Positions 29,254-38,623 of a DNA stretch of 64,000 bases are shown here, one piece after another. This stretch comes from Gemmatimonadales bacterium (GTDB taxonomy: Bacteria > Gemmatimonadota > Gemmatimonadetes > Gemmatimonadales > GWC2-71-9). The stretch is from assembly GCA_033853695.1 (NCBI GenBank), contig JAWOLH010000014.1:68795-132794 (forward strand), given 5' to 3'. Below the pieces are notes generated by a model that saw only the letters and a program-made list of their open reading frames with translations, did not search any database and was not told the DNA's origin. Each line of letters starts with the position of its first letter. Within the stretch, counting starts at the first letter, position 1. The position numbers were made by a program, and so were the translations under genes.

Positions 29254-29951
29254 GACAACAGCGCCGCGAGCACGCCGGCGGTGTCGGACAGATCGGCGAA
29301 CACGTGCGTGGCCCCCGCCGCGGTGAGCGCGGCCACGTCGTATCCTCCGGTCGCGACGGCCACGGTGCGCGCACCGATCGGCCGGCCACAGCGGACGTCT
29401 TCCGGGGTGTCGCCGATGATCACCACGTCCGCCCCGGCGATCGGCCGGCCAATCCACTCCGCCGCTCGCCGCTGCGCGATGGCGGGGAGCTCGGGCCGAT
29501 GCGCGGCATCCGAGCCGTACGCGCCCACGCGGAACCGGTTGGGGTCGATCCCCGCCGATTGCAGTTTGAGCGCCGCGCCGGGCGCCACGTTCCCCGTGAG
29601 CAACCCCACCAGCGCGCGCCCCTCCGCTTCCACCTCCTCCAGCGCGTCGAGCAGAGCCCGGACTCCGACCATCAGGCGGGTCGCCTGGGTCGGCTTCGCC
29701 AGCTCGTCCGCCAGGTAGCTCACGTAGTGCTCGCACACCGCGCGCACGTGGGCGTCGCTCACCGCGGCGGGGTGACCGGCGAGTGACAGAAGCTCGCGCA
29801 CGATCTGGGGATCGGTTTTTCCGTCGAAGCGGTGGTCGGTAATCGGCCCCGCCGTGCCCACGAGATCGAGCAGCGCGCGCTCGATGGCCCGCCGTCCCGC
29901 CCCGTCGGTCAGGAGAATCGTGCCGTCGATGTCGAAGAGAATCAGGCGCAT
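29250..29951 (-). CDS. HAD-superfamily hydrolase (phosphoglycolate phosphatase-like)
   Basis: Motif I 'LILFDIDGT', motif II 'GLLTGN', motif IV 'VIIGDTPEDV'. The ATG shares a base with the upstream stop. Confidence 0.8.
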   Translation of the reverse strand: MRLILFDIDGTILLTDGAGRRAIERALLDLVGTAGPITDHRFDGKTDPQIVRELLSLAGHPAAVSDAHVRAVCEHYVSYLADELAKPTQATRLMVGVRALLDALEEVEAEGRALVGLLTGNVAPGAALKLQSAGIDPNRFRVGAYGSDAAHRPELPAIAQRRAAEWIGRPIAGADVVIIGDTPEDVRCGRPIGARTVAVATGGYDVAALTAAGATHVFADLSDTAGVLAALLS

Positions 29952-30961
29952 CAGCGCTCCACCCGTCGCACGACGACGAGTTGCTCGCGCAACCGCTTGA
30001 GCCGCGCGTCGTCTGCGAACAAGTCCTCGCACACGACGCCGCCGCGTGGCAGCGTCGAGTGCACGATGCGGCCCGCACCGGCCCAGAGCGCCACGTGGGA
30101 GATCCGCTCCCGCTCGACGAAAAACAACAGATCCCCGATAGCGTATTCGTCGCCCGATGGCGAAAGCGGCACGGTCTCGCCGACCATGCACTGCTGATCG
30201 CTGTCGCGGGGCAGCGCGATGCCGCGCGCGGCGTAAACCGCCTGCACCAGCCCCGAGCAGTCGATCCCCCACTCGGTGCGTCCGCCCCAGAGGTACGGGG
30301 CGCCCCCGAACCAGCGCAGGGCGAGATCGGGAATAGCCACGAGCCGCGCGTCCGCGTGCAGCTCGGTCTCGGAACGCACGATGCCACCGACGATGCGCGC
30401 CAGCCGCCCGTCCGCGGTTTCAACGCCGCTGCCGCTCGCTTCGCGACGGGGCGCGAGCCGCGCCCCGATCGGGAGCCGCACCCGCTCGCCCTGATGCTCG
30501 AGCTCGCATCCCACCGAGCGAATCGTGGCGCGGCCGAGCCAGTCCTCAAACCAGTCCGTCAATCCCACGCGCACGTACCCGGAGTGCGTCCACGCCACAT
30601 AGCCGTCCCCGGCGCGCACATGCAGCCAGTCGTCCCTGCGCTCGAGCAGGGTGAGCGGCTCGCCTTGCACGGCCTCGTTCACGCGCGGAGCGCGCACCGT
30701 CGGGCGCTCGAGCAGCGGCGCGAGTGCCGCGGTGACCACGCCGACGGCGCCGTTGTCGACGGTGGCATTGGGAAGGAGGTTGACCGACACGACCATGCCC
30801 GCGGCGCCTCCGATGCGGCGCACTTCGGCCTGGGCCTCGCGGCTCGTGGTCGCTCCCTCGATCCGCCCGTCCGTGACCGCCACATCGAACACGCCGATGC
30901 GACGGTCGGGCACCCATCTGCGCTGCAGCTCGCCGAGGGCGCGAACCAGCGGCTCGATCAC
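29951..30961 (-). CDS. NlpC/P60 (C40) peptidase with N-terminal SH3-like domains
   Basis: 'YLWGGRTEWGIDCSGLVQAVY' (catalytic Cys), 'GDLLFF...ISHVALW' (His). N-terminal 'WLHVRAGDGYVAWTHSGYV' is SH3b-like. GTG overlaps the upstream stop. Confidence 0.8.
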   Translation of the reverse strand: MIEPLVRALGELQRRWVPDRRIGVFDVAVTDGRIEGATTSREAQAEVRRIGGAAGMVVSVNLLPNATVDNGAVGVVTAALAPLLERPTVRAPRVNEAVQGEPLTLLERRDDWLHVRAGDGYVAWTHSGYVRVGLTDWFEDWLGRATIRSVGCELEHQGERVRLPIGARLAPRREASGSGVETADGRLARIVGGIVRSETELHADARLVAIPDLALRWFGGAPYLWGGRTEWGIDCSGLVQAVYAARGIALPRDSDQQCMVGETVPLSPSGDEYAIGDLLFFVERERISHVALWAGAGRIVHSTLPRGGVVCEDLFADDARLKRLREQLVVVRRVER

Positions 30962-31941
30962 GGGAGGCCGCCGAGACCAGGCGTGACCGTGTTCCCCACC
31001 GCGAGCCGGACCGCCCGCTCGACGGCCTCCGGCACCACCGTGGCGGCCAACGCTTCCGCCTGCAGCGGTGAGGAGCCGGGCAGCGTTGCGGTGCTGGCCG
31101 CAAACACGACGTCACCGTCGAACAACGTCCCGAACGGCGTGATGCGGCGAGCGAGCGCGTCGCTCGCGGCGTGCGCCAGGGACTCGAGCGCCACCTTATC
31201 GAGGGCGAGGTTCGTCGCGACGACGGCCAGTGTCGTGTTGTTGGGTGACGGGGCCCCGCCACCGAACGGGGCGCCGCCCTGGCCGAGGTAGCGCTCGCAG
31301 TCGAGAAACACGCCACGCGTATCGCGTGCTCCAGCGAGGATCTTCCCGCTCGCGTCACGCACGTCGCCGACGGCGTTCACCACCACGAGTGCGCCCACGA
31401 CCGCCTCCCCCGCTCGCGCGGCCCAGGTCCCGACGCCCCCCTTCATGGCGCGCGCGATCCCCGCCGCCTTGCCGACCGTCGCCCCGGCCCCGACTCCGAT
31501 CGAACCCTCGGCGATGGTGGTGCCCGCCGCGTCGCACGCCTGCGCCGCATCGGCAGGGCCGGGCCATACCGGCGCGCCTCCCGTATTGCCGAGATCGAAG
31601 ATGACGGCGGCCGGGACGATTGGCACGACGAAGTCGGCGCGCACGGGGAAGCCGCGCTTGCGCGCGAGGAGCCACTGCATGACGCCGTCGGCCGCGCCCA
31701 ATCCGAACGCAGAGCCGCCCGTGAGGAGGATGGCGTCGACGTGGCCCACGATGTGACGGGGATCGAGCGCGTCGATCTCCCGTGTGCCGGTGGCACGACC
31801 GCGCAGTGTCGCCGCCGCCCGCATGCCGCCCGGCGGCGCGAGCACCACCGTGCACCCCGTGGCGCCCGCAGGGTGGGTCCAGTGTCCGACGCGAATACCG
31901 GGAACCGTGGCGAGGTTCGGAGTGGGTGCACCGGAGGTCAC
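30958..31941 (-). CDS. P1/S58 (DmpA-like) family aminopeptidase
   Basis: 'VPGIRVGHWT', 'GATGCTVVL', 'AILLTGGSAFGL', 'NTTLAVVATN'. GTG 31941 preferred, because the longest ORF start (32007) would overlap the divergent regulator start. Confidence 0.7.
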   Translation of the reverse strand: MTSGAPTPNLATVPGIRVGHWTHPAGATGCTVVLAPPGGMRAAATLRGRATGTREIDALDPRHIVGHVDAILLTGGSAFGLGAADGVMQWLLARKRGFPVRADFVVPIVPAAVIFDLGNTGGAPVWPGPADAAQACDAAGTTIAEGSIGVGAGATVGKAAGIARAMKGGVGTWAARAGEAVVGALVVVNAVGDVRDASGKILAGARDTRGVFLDCERYLGQGGAPFGGGAPSPNNTTLAVVATNLALDKVALESLAHAASDALARRITPFGTLFDGDVVFAASTATLPGSSPLQAEALAATVVPEAVERAVRLAVGNTVTPGLGGLP

Positions 31942-31997
31942 GCGGCGAAGATAGTCGCGCTTGCTGGGGTTGTGGAGGTCAAATAGCTTCGGAGCAC

Positions 31998-32612
31998 ATG
32001 CCGACAAGCCCTCCCGCCGCGCAGCCGACTTCGATCCTCGTCGTGGACGACGAATTGGGCATCCGCCAGGCGCTGGACCGATACCTGAAGCGTCTCGGGT
32101 ACCGCGTTTTGCAGGCGGAGAATGGCGCAGCGGCGCTGCAACTGATCATGCAGGACCCGCCTCAGGCGATGCTGTGCGACATTCGCATGCCGCAAATGAC
32201 CGGTGTCGAGCTGGTGCCGAAGGCGCTCGCCGCCGAAGCCGATCTCGCGATCATCATGCTGACTGCGATCGACGATCCCAAGACCGCCATCGAGTGCCTG
32301 CGCCTCGGCGCGTACGATTACCTGATCAAGCCGCTCGATCTGGAAGAGCTGGAAGTGTCGCTGCGCAGCGCACTGCGGCGGCGGCAGCTGGAAATCGACC
32401 GGCGGGAGCTGGAAGGGTGGCTGGCACGGGAGGTGGCGGAGCGGACGCAGGCGCTGGAAGAGCGGACCAACGCGATCGCGGAGATCGCCCTGCAGGCGTT
32501 GGCTGCCGCTCCGAACTGGCCGGGGGCCGCCTCGGCGACGGAGCGGCTCGCGCGAGAGCTCGGAACGCCCCTCGAGGAGTTGACCCGGGACATCGACCAG
32601 CGCCGCCGTTAG
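31998..32612 (+). CDS. Response regulator (receiver domain plus C-terminal coiled-coil, no DNA-binding domain)
   Basis: 'ILVVDDELGIR', 'MLCDIRMPQMTG', 'IIMLTA', 'YDYLIKP'. 204 aa. Confidence 0.8.
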   Translation: MPTSPPAAQPTSILVVDDELGIRQALDRYLKRLGYRVLQAENGAAALQLIMQDPPQAMLCDIRMPQMTGVELVPKALAAEADLAIIMLTAIDDPKTAIECLRLGAYDYLIKPLDLEELEVSLRSALRRRQLEIDRRELEGWLAREVAERTQALEERTNAIAEIALQALAAAPNWPGAASATERLARELGTPLEELTRDIDQRRR

Positions 32613-32794
32613 GCGCGCGACGCCGCTTTGGCTTTCTCCTCACACGCCTTGCAGCGCGTGACCCCCCGGAAGGTGCAAATCAGACAGATAAAGGTGCCGC
32701 AGTCGGAACAGGGATAGCCCTCCGACGCCCGCTCCTCGTTGCCGCAGGAGCGGCAGGTCATCCCGTCATGTTCCTTCAGCTCCGGTTTCTCCAT
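32609..32794 (-). CDS. Small 8-Cys zinc-ribbon-like protein (61 aa)
   Basis: Four CxxC pairs: 'CRSC', 'CSDC', 'CLIC', 'CKAC'. GAGG lies 8 nt upstream of the ATG. Its stop shares the tetranucleotide TTAG with the convergent regulator stop. Confidence 0.45.
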   Translation of the reverse strand: MEKPELKEHDGMTCRSCGNEERASEGYPCSDCGTFICLICTFRGVTRCKACEEKAKAASRA

Positions 32795-32803
32795 GTGTCG
32801 CCT

Positions 32804-33304
32804 CTACAGGTTCAGGGCGTACGCCCTAATCTTATTGATCAGCGTCGCGCGCGATATCCCGAGGTCCCGGGCGGCGCGCGTCCGATTGCCGCCATGATAG
32901 CGCAACGTGCGCTCGATCTGGTCGCGTTCCACGTCGTTCAGCGTCCGCGGTCGCCAGCGCCGGGCCTCCGCTGCCCGGGCGACCGCCACGGCCAGGTGCT
33001 CCGGATCGAGCGGGCGGATGACGAACTGCTCGGCGCCGTCGCGGAGCGCCCGCACACCGGCCGCCACGCCACCCCGTCCGACCACGACGACCACGCCGGC
33101 CCCGAGCGCCACGAGGCGCGCGACGGCGGCGACCGGGGCCGCCACCTCCTCATCCCAGATCACGACGTCGGGTCGCGTGCCCTCGCCGGTGACGAGCCCC
33201 GCGAGTCCATCCCGCTCGCGCAGGACCTCCGCCCCCGCCGCCACACCCGCCACGGCCCGCGCCAGGGCGTCATCGGCGGTCACGACCAACACGCGTTCGC
33301 TCAT
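32804..33304 (-). CDS. Degenerate receiver-like domain fused to Fis-type HTH
   Basis: ATG 33304 overlaps the upstream stop (ATGA). 'VLVVTADD...VVIWDEEV...FVIRP' is receiver-like but has R in place of the conserved K. C-terminal 'RTRAARDLGISRATLINKIRAY' is a Fis/NtrC-type HTH. No AAA+ domain. Confidence 0.6.
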   Translation of the reverse strand: MSERVLVVTADDALARAVAGVAAGAEVLRERDGLAGLVTGEGTRPDVVIWDEEVAAPVAAVARLVALGAGVVVVVGRGGVAAGVRALRDGAEQFVIRPLDPEHLAVAVARAAEARRWRPRTLNDVERDQIERTLRYHGGNRTRAARDLGISRATLINKIRAYALNL

Positions 33305-34224
33305 GCCAGCGGCCGGGCGATGTTGCGCGGCAGGTCGCGCGGATCGACGAGCACGCGCAGCGCACCCGGGAGCACCTGCGCCTCGAGCGGCGTCGTCCCG
33401 ATCGGCTCGCCATCCAGCTGTACCGGCATGTCGCCGCCGTCGCTGTCGACACGGATCGTCCGCCCCCGCCCGCGCCAGACCTGGCGCCGGCGCCCGCCGA
33501 AGAGCATCTCGACGAAGGCCGTGACGCTTTGCCACGCGCCCGTCGCCTGCAGCACGACGACGTCGAGCACGCCGTCGTCGGGTCGGATGTCGTCATGCAC
33601 CCGCAACAGCGGCGGCATGAGGTCGGCACAGTTGCACACCAGCACCATGGCCGCGTCGAGCCGCGTCTCGGCCCCGTCGATCGTCACGCGGACTGGCGTG
33701 CTCCGGACTCTGGGCAGCGCGGTCAGCGCGGCGCGCACGTAGGCCGCCCGGCGCCAGCGCCGTTTGCTGGCGCTGTCGGTGCGCTGCATCAGGGTCGCAT
33801 CGAATCCCGCCCCGCAACACACCGCGAAGTGGTGCACGCCGTCGGCGCGCGCAACGGCGCCGAGGTCGATCGCGATCGGCGTGCGCCGCAGAATCGCCTG
33901 CGCGGCGGCCACCGGCCGCCGCGGCAGGCGCAGGTTCCCGGCGAGCACGTTGCCGGTCCCGCCCGGCAGGAGACCAAGCGGGATGCCGGTCCCCGCGATC
34001 GCTCCCGCGATCTGCATCGCTGTTCCATCGCCGCCGTAGGACAGCACGGCGTCGAACCCCTCGTCCCGCCCTCGCTCGGCGAGGCGGCGGGCATCGCCGG
34101 CCGCCGCAGTGACGGCGAGCTCGACGACCCAACCACCGCCGCGCAGCACGTCGCGCACGGCAGTGATGGCCCGCTCGTCGGTCCGGGCCGCAGCCGGGTT
34201 GCTGATCAAGAGCGCGCGCGTCAC
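33301..34224 (-). CDS. Diacylglycerol-kinase-family lipid kinase (YegS/BmrU-like)
   Basis: GTG 34224 lies 1 nt after the tamB stop. 'ALLISNPAA', 'DAVLSYGGDGTAMQIAG', 'GLLPGGTGNVLA'. Confidence 0.8.
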   Translation of the reverse strand: MTRALLISNPAAARTDERAITAVRDVLRGGGWVVELAVTAAAGDARRLAERGRDEGFDAVLSYGGDGTAMQIAGAIAGTGIPLGLLPGGTGNVLAGNLRLPRRPVAAAQAILRRTPIAIDLGAVARADGVHHFAVCCGAGFDATLMQRTDSASKRRWRRAAYVRAALTALPRVRSTPVRVTIDGAETRLDAAMVLVCNCADLMPPLLRVHDDIRPDDGVLDVVVLQATGAWQSVTAFVEMLFGGRRRQVWRGRGRTIRVDSDGGDMPVQLDGEPIGTTPLEAQVLPGALRVLVDPRDLPRNIARPLA

Positions 34225-34225
34225 G

Positions 34226-37200
34226 TCAGTAACGCCGCTCCCAGAAGAGATCCGCTCCGACCTGTCGCTGCTGTGCCGCGTTGATCGTCTGGCACAGACC
34301 GACCGTCTCGACGCTCGCTTCGGTGCGCCATTCGGGGCTGAACCGGAACTGGAGACTCGCCCCCACCGCATTGGCCACCGTGCCGGGGCACAGGCGCGCC
34401 CGCACGATGAAGAACGTGCGCGCGCCGATCTGCTTCCCAACGGCGAACGTCGCCCCCTGGAAGGGATTGCCGGGGTCCCCCGGCCGGATCTCGACGTAGT
34501 CCAGCGGAATGCCGAAATCGGACACGACGCTGCGCTCGATCTCACCGGCCGCCACGCTCGCGGCCGTGCTGACGAGCAGCGCCTTGCGCGCCGCCGCGGC
34601 GGTGCTCTGGTCGCCGCCCGCGATGTCGGCACTCGGCTGCCCGAACATCAGGTACGAGATGATGTCGGTCTGCGGCATGGTGCAGTCTTTGGTGCTGAGC
34701 GTGAGGCGCGGCACGAGCAGCGTGCCTCCGATATGCGCAATGACGGTGACGTCGCCACTCGTCGAGCAGCGGCTCGTCGCCGTGTTCGTCGCTTGCGTCC
34801 CCACCTGCACCGGGTGCACCACGTGCTCGGCCTGGATGTCCAAGCCGGCGTCGAGATCGGGCGTCCCGAAATACGTGACCGTTCCGCTCGTCACCAGGAA
34901 CTCACGCGTCACCGGGCCGACCTGCATGCGGTAGGTGCCGCGCGGGGCGAGCAGCGTCCCGGTCAACCGATACGTCCGGTTGATCTTGTTCACGGTCATG
35001 CGGCCGCTCAGCTGGATGTTCGCCTCGTTCGAGCGCAGCCACACGCTGCTTCCCATCGAGAGCTGCAGATCGCGGATCCCGAGACTGTCGAGAAACACGT
35101 TGTGGAAGGTGGGTCCCAGCCCCTGACGCCGGATCACCGCCGCGAGCGAGGTGTCGATCAGCCCGGCCAGTTCGGGATCGGGAGAATCGAGATCGATGAT
35201 CCGCTTCTCCACGAGATCCGCGAAGTACAACACACCGTTGGTCACGGTACCCTGCCCCGTGAGCGTAGCGCCGAAGACGGGGCCCTTGAGCGCCAGCTGG
35301 GCGGTCGCGGTGACGCTCACGTTGCCGCGGACTTCGAGCGCTTTGAAGTCCGCAGCGTCGATGTCGAGAGAGAGGATCGGGCGCGACAGCCGCTCGAGCC
35401 GCACATATCCTGCGAGGTCCGCACGCCCCCGCTCGCTCCGCACGCCCAGCGTGTCGACGTAGATCGTATCGCCGCCCAACCGCAGCCGGCCGGCGATCCC
35501 GTCCCATGACACATTGAGAGAGGGGACGTCGAATGCGCCCGAGTCGATCCGCACCCGGCCGTCGAGGTGCGGGGCGTCCCAGCTGCCGCGAATGCCGACA
35601 TCCGCCGTGAGCCGGCCGTGTACGTTGCGCAGGCTCGACGTGAACGCCTGGACCGGGGCGAGATCCGCGCCGTCGGCGGTGGCGCGGATCGCCAGCGTGT
35701 CGGGGAGCTGGCGCCGCGCCACGGGTACGAGCGCGAGATCGAGCGGCAGGTGCGCACGGAACCCGACGACCTGACGCTCGTTGCTCTTCAGCGACGCCGC
35801 GGCGTCGAGCCGTCGGGCCGCGTAGGAGAAGGTGCCGTCGAGTGAAGGAGCCCCGGCGGAATCGGGAACGACCGCGAATGTCCCCTGATACTCCGGATCG
35901 CGGCGCGAGCCGCGCAGCCTGAGGTCGGCCGCCACGTTGCCCGCCGCACCTAGTGTGTCGCGCTGCAGCAGCGCGTACACGCCGGCGAACGGGAACCCCG
36001 CAACGTGGACATGCCCCTCCCCGGCTGCACCCGAGGCGGGTAAGGTGCCGTCGGCCTCGAAGCGGCCCGGCCCGTTGACCTGTTCCAGCACCACGCTGTC
36101 GGCCGCGAGTGCCGAGTCGTGCCAGCGCACCGTTGCGGGCCGGGTGAGGTACCACACGCCGTGCGGCAGCAGTACCGCCAGCGAGTCGAAGCCCACGACC
36201 TGACCTTCGGTCGTATCGCGACGGTACCGCCCGCCGGCCACGATGGCGCTCAGATCGCCGATGCGCGTGCGGCCGGACCATCGCAGCGAATCGAGACGGC
36301 CCTGCACCATCGCCGAGGCGGCGCCGAACGCCGTACCCCCATGCTCCAGCGAATCGGCCTGCGCCTCGAGCATCACGAGCGGATGCGCACCCGGTTCGTA
36401 CTGCCCGTGGACCCGCCCCTTCATCAGCTCCCACTCCCCGTAGGCGACGTTGTCCGCGTCGCCCCGCACACCAACTGCCAGGGAATCCAAGGCACCGGCG
36501 ATGCGCACTTGAACAACCGCCTCTCCGCGGTCGAGCACCGCACGCGTCGTGTCCCGGGCGGTGCCGCTGATCCACGCGACGAGCGGATCGAGGAAACTCA
36601 AGCTGTCGGCGTCGAGCTTCAGGAGCGTCTCGCCGCCGTTGGGCCGCCGCCATCCGAGCGCCCCTGCTCCGTCGGCGATGAGCCCCGGCTGGCGCAGCCA
36701 CAACGTGTCCACGTGCACCACACCGGCGGCGATGTGGAGCCGCACCCCTCCGCTGTCGAGATCGGTGCCGGCGATCTGCGAGGGACGCACCCGTCCCTCC
36801 ACCTGACCGCTGCCGGTCGTCCCGGACGTGTCCACGATCAGGGTTGCCGCGCCGGTGAGGTTCAGCGCCGAAGGCGGGGCTCCCGGCAACCAGCGGTCGA
36901 GCGACAGATCGCTCGTTGTCACCTCGAGGTTGCGGGTGCCGTTCCGGTCCGGCAGCAGCACGAGGCCGCCGTTCGCCCTGATGCGCCCGCCGCCGCCCAA
37001 GCGCGACAAGTCGATATGAGTGTCCAGCGAATCGAGCCGACCGGCCAGCCGCGCCGTGCCGGTCACCGCGCCGCTCAAACGCAGCAGAGGAAAGCTCGGT
37101 TGCAGGCCGTCGAACGACAGCGTGTCCACCTGTGCGTCGATGTTGAGGGCGAGCACATCGCCTGATGCGTCGGCGCTGAACCGGCCGCGCAACACGCTCG

Positions 37201-38623
37201 CCGGCAGGGCGCCGTCGTGGTGCCGCAGCGTCCCCTCGAAGGCGAAGTTCTTGAGGGGCCCGGACAGCGTCCCCTGAGCTTCGAGCGTGCCGAGCATCGA
37301 AGAGGAAACGAAGTGGCCGACGGTCCCGAAGTCGAGGTCCGCCGCCTCGACCGTGAACGGCGTGAACGAGATGCCGGTGGGGGCTTTCAGGTCCACGCGT
37401 CCCTGCCCCTTCACGTGCGATACCGCCTGCCCCGGGACGAGGGAATCGCGGAACGCCCAATCCGTTCCCAGCACGAGCTCGGTCGTCGGCCCGTCGGCGG
37501 TGGTATGACCGCTCAGATGACCGTGGAACGGAAGCGAGTCGATGAACGCGCGGAACAGCGAGAGATCGAGATCGTCGGCCTGGACGTCGGTATTGCGCAG
37601 CGCCGCAAATCCCGAATCCGCCGCCATGAAGGCCGTCAGCCGGCCCGTCGCCTTTCCGCCCCGATAATCGAGGTCGAGGGGATCGAGCTTGATCTCGATC
37701 ACCCGTGCGCCGTGCGAGCGGATCGCGACGCCTCCGTGGAGCACCGCACCATCGGGGAACCTGGGATCGAGGAACCGGACGTCGGCGAGCGTTGCGGCGG
37801 CGGCCTTGATGTCGAGATCGTAGCGCAACGTGTCATGCGGCCAGGAGACCTTGCCCTTGAGGCCGACGCGTGAGCCGGGAAGGCGCAGCACCGGGACGTC
37901 GGCGTCGAGGGAGTCGCCGTCGATGCCGACCTGGCCACGCAGATCGGTGAGCGTCACGGCCGGATCGTCGATCTCCACGGCGAGACCGGCGAGGTCGAGA
38001 TACATGCCGCGCTGGCCCGGCGCCGAGATCCGGAACGAATTGAGGAACGTGGTGAGGTGCCGCAAGCGCCGCACCCGGCGCCGCCCGTCCGTGCCGAACG
38101 CGTCGATCTCGTGCAGTGAATCGTCGGGCGCCGGACGCGACTGCAGCCGCAACACGAGGTCGCCGTCGGTGATAGCGACGTTGCGCAGCACGACGAGCGG
38201 CTTGGGTCCGGGATTCGGCGAGGGGGGGCCACCGAGGCGCAGCAGCTCCTCGATGTTCAGGCGGCCGCTCTTGTGCTGCACGATGTTCACGTACGGCCGC
38301 ACCAAGAGCACTCGTTGCATCACGACGCGACCGGCGGCGAAATCGAGCAGGTTGTAATCGACCTCGGCCCGCGGCAGCCACGCCACGAGCGTCGTGTCCT
38401 CGTCGTACAACCGGACATCGCGGAGCGTAAGGCCGGTGAGCAATGTTCCCGACACGGCGCCGATTTCCACCTGACCCGAGACGGCACCGCTGAGCGCATT
38501 GACGGCGACACGGGCGAGCAGCTTGCGCCCCGCGCCAGTACCGACCAGCGCCGAGAGGCCGCCCAGAAAGCAGGCCAGGATCCCGACGAGGGTCCAGAGC
38601 ACGACGCCGAGGGAGCGTCGCAT
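34226..38623 (-). CDS. tamB: Translocation and assembly module protein TamB (AsmA-like, DUF490 C-terminus)
   Basis: 1465 aa from ATG 38623. N-terminal anchor 'VVLWTLVGILACFLGGLSALVG', long beta-rich body, C-terminal 'GKQIGARTFFIVRARL...SLQFRFSPEWRTEASVE'. Directly follows an Omp85 gene. Confidence 0.8.
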   Translation of the reverse strand: MRRSLGVVLWTLVGILACFLGGLSALVGTGAGRKLLARVAVNALSGAVSGQVEIGAVSGTLLTGLTLRDVRLYDEDTTLVAWLPRAEVDYNLLDFAAGRVVMQRVLLVRPYVNIVQHKSGRLNIEELLRLGGPPSPNPGPKPLVVLRNVAITDGDLVLRLQSRPAPDDSLHEIDAFGTDGRRRVRRLRHLTTFLNSFRISAPGQRGMYLDLAGLAVEIDDPAVTLTDLRGQVGIDGDSLDADVPVLRLPGSRVGLKGKVSWPHDTLRYDLDIKAAAATLADVRFLDPRFPDGAVLHGGVAIRSHGARVIEIKLDPLDLDYRGGKATGRLTAFMAADSGFAALRNTDVQADDLDLSLFRAFIDSLPFHGHLSGHTTADGPTTELVLGTDWAFRDSLVPGQAVSHVKGQGRVDLKAPTGISFTPFTVEAADLDFGTVGHFVSSSMLGTLEAQGTLSGPLKNFAFEGTLRHHDGALPASVLRGRFSADASGDVLALNIDAQVDTLSFDGLQPSFPLLRLSGAVTGTARLAGRLDSLDTHIDLSRLGGGGRIRANGGLVLLPDRNGTRNLEVTTSDLSLDRWLPGAPPSALNLTGAATLIVDTSGTTGSGQVEGRVRPSQIAGTDLDSGGVRLHIAAGVVHVDTLWLRQPGLIADGAGALGWRRPNGGETLLKLDADSLSFLDPLVAWISGTARDTTRAVLDRGEAVVQVRIAGALDSLAVGVRGDADNVAYGEWELMKGRVHGQYEPGAHPLVMLEAQADSLEHGGTAFGAASAMVQGRLDSLRWSGRTRIGDLSAIVAGGRYRRDTTEGQVVGFDSLAVLLPHGVWYLTRPATVRWHDSALAADSVVLEQVNGPGRFEADGTLPASGAAGEGHVHVAGFPFAGVYALLQRDTLGAAGNVAADLRLRGSRRDPEYQGTFAVVPDSAGAPSLDGTFSYAARRLDAAASLKSNERQVVGFRAHLPLDLALVPVARRQLPDTLAIRATADGADLAPVQAFTSSLRNVHGRLTADVGIRGSWDAPHLDGRVRIDSGAFDVPSLNVSWDGIAGRLRLGGDTIYVDTLGVRSERGRADLAGYVRLERLSRPILSLDIDAADFKALEVRGNVSVTATAQLALKGPVFGATLTGQGTVTNGVLYFADLVEKRIIDLDSPDPELAGLIDTSLAAVIRRQGLGPTFHNVFLDSLGIRDLQLSMGSSVWLRSNEANIQLSGRMTVNKINRTYRLTGTLLAPRGTYRMQVGPVTREFLVTSGTVTYFGTPDLDAGLDIQAEHVVHPVQVGTQATNTATSRCSTSGDVTVIAHIGGTLLVPRLTLSTKDCTMPQTDIISYLMFGQPSADIAGGDQSTAAAARKALLVSTAASVAAGEIERSVVSDFGIPLDYVEIRPGDPGNPFQGATFAVGKQIGARTFFIVRARLCPGTVANAVGASLQFRFSPEWRTEASVETVGLCQTINAAQQRQVGADLFWERRY

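Noticed and set aside
25795-30549. 905-aa and 635-aa tracked ORFs taken at full length as single giant genes
   Set aside because: Their N-terminal extensions are Arg/Gly-rich and overlap better-supported genes in other frames (CYTH, HAD, C40). Internal starts give proper signal peptides or stop/start overlaps, so the ORFs were trimmed to 25795-27954 and 28642-29253.
34902-37460. 852-aa alternate-frame ORF inside tamB, and similar ORFs (36119..37165, 57096..59591, 58780..60519, 49795..51216, 43335..44705)
   Set aside because: They are embedded in or antisense to genes with strong family signatures. Their composition is dominated by R, G, A and P, and they have no start/stop coupling with neighbours.
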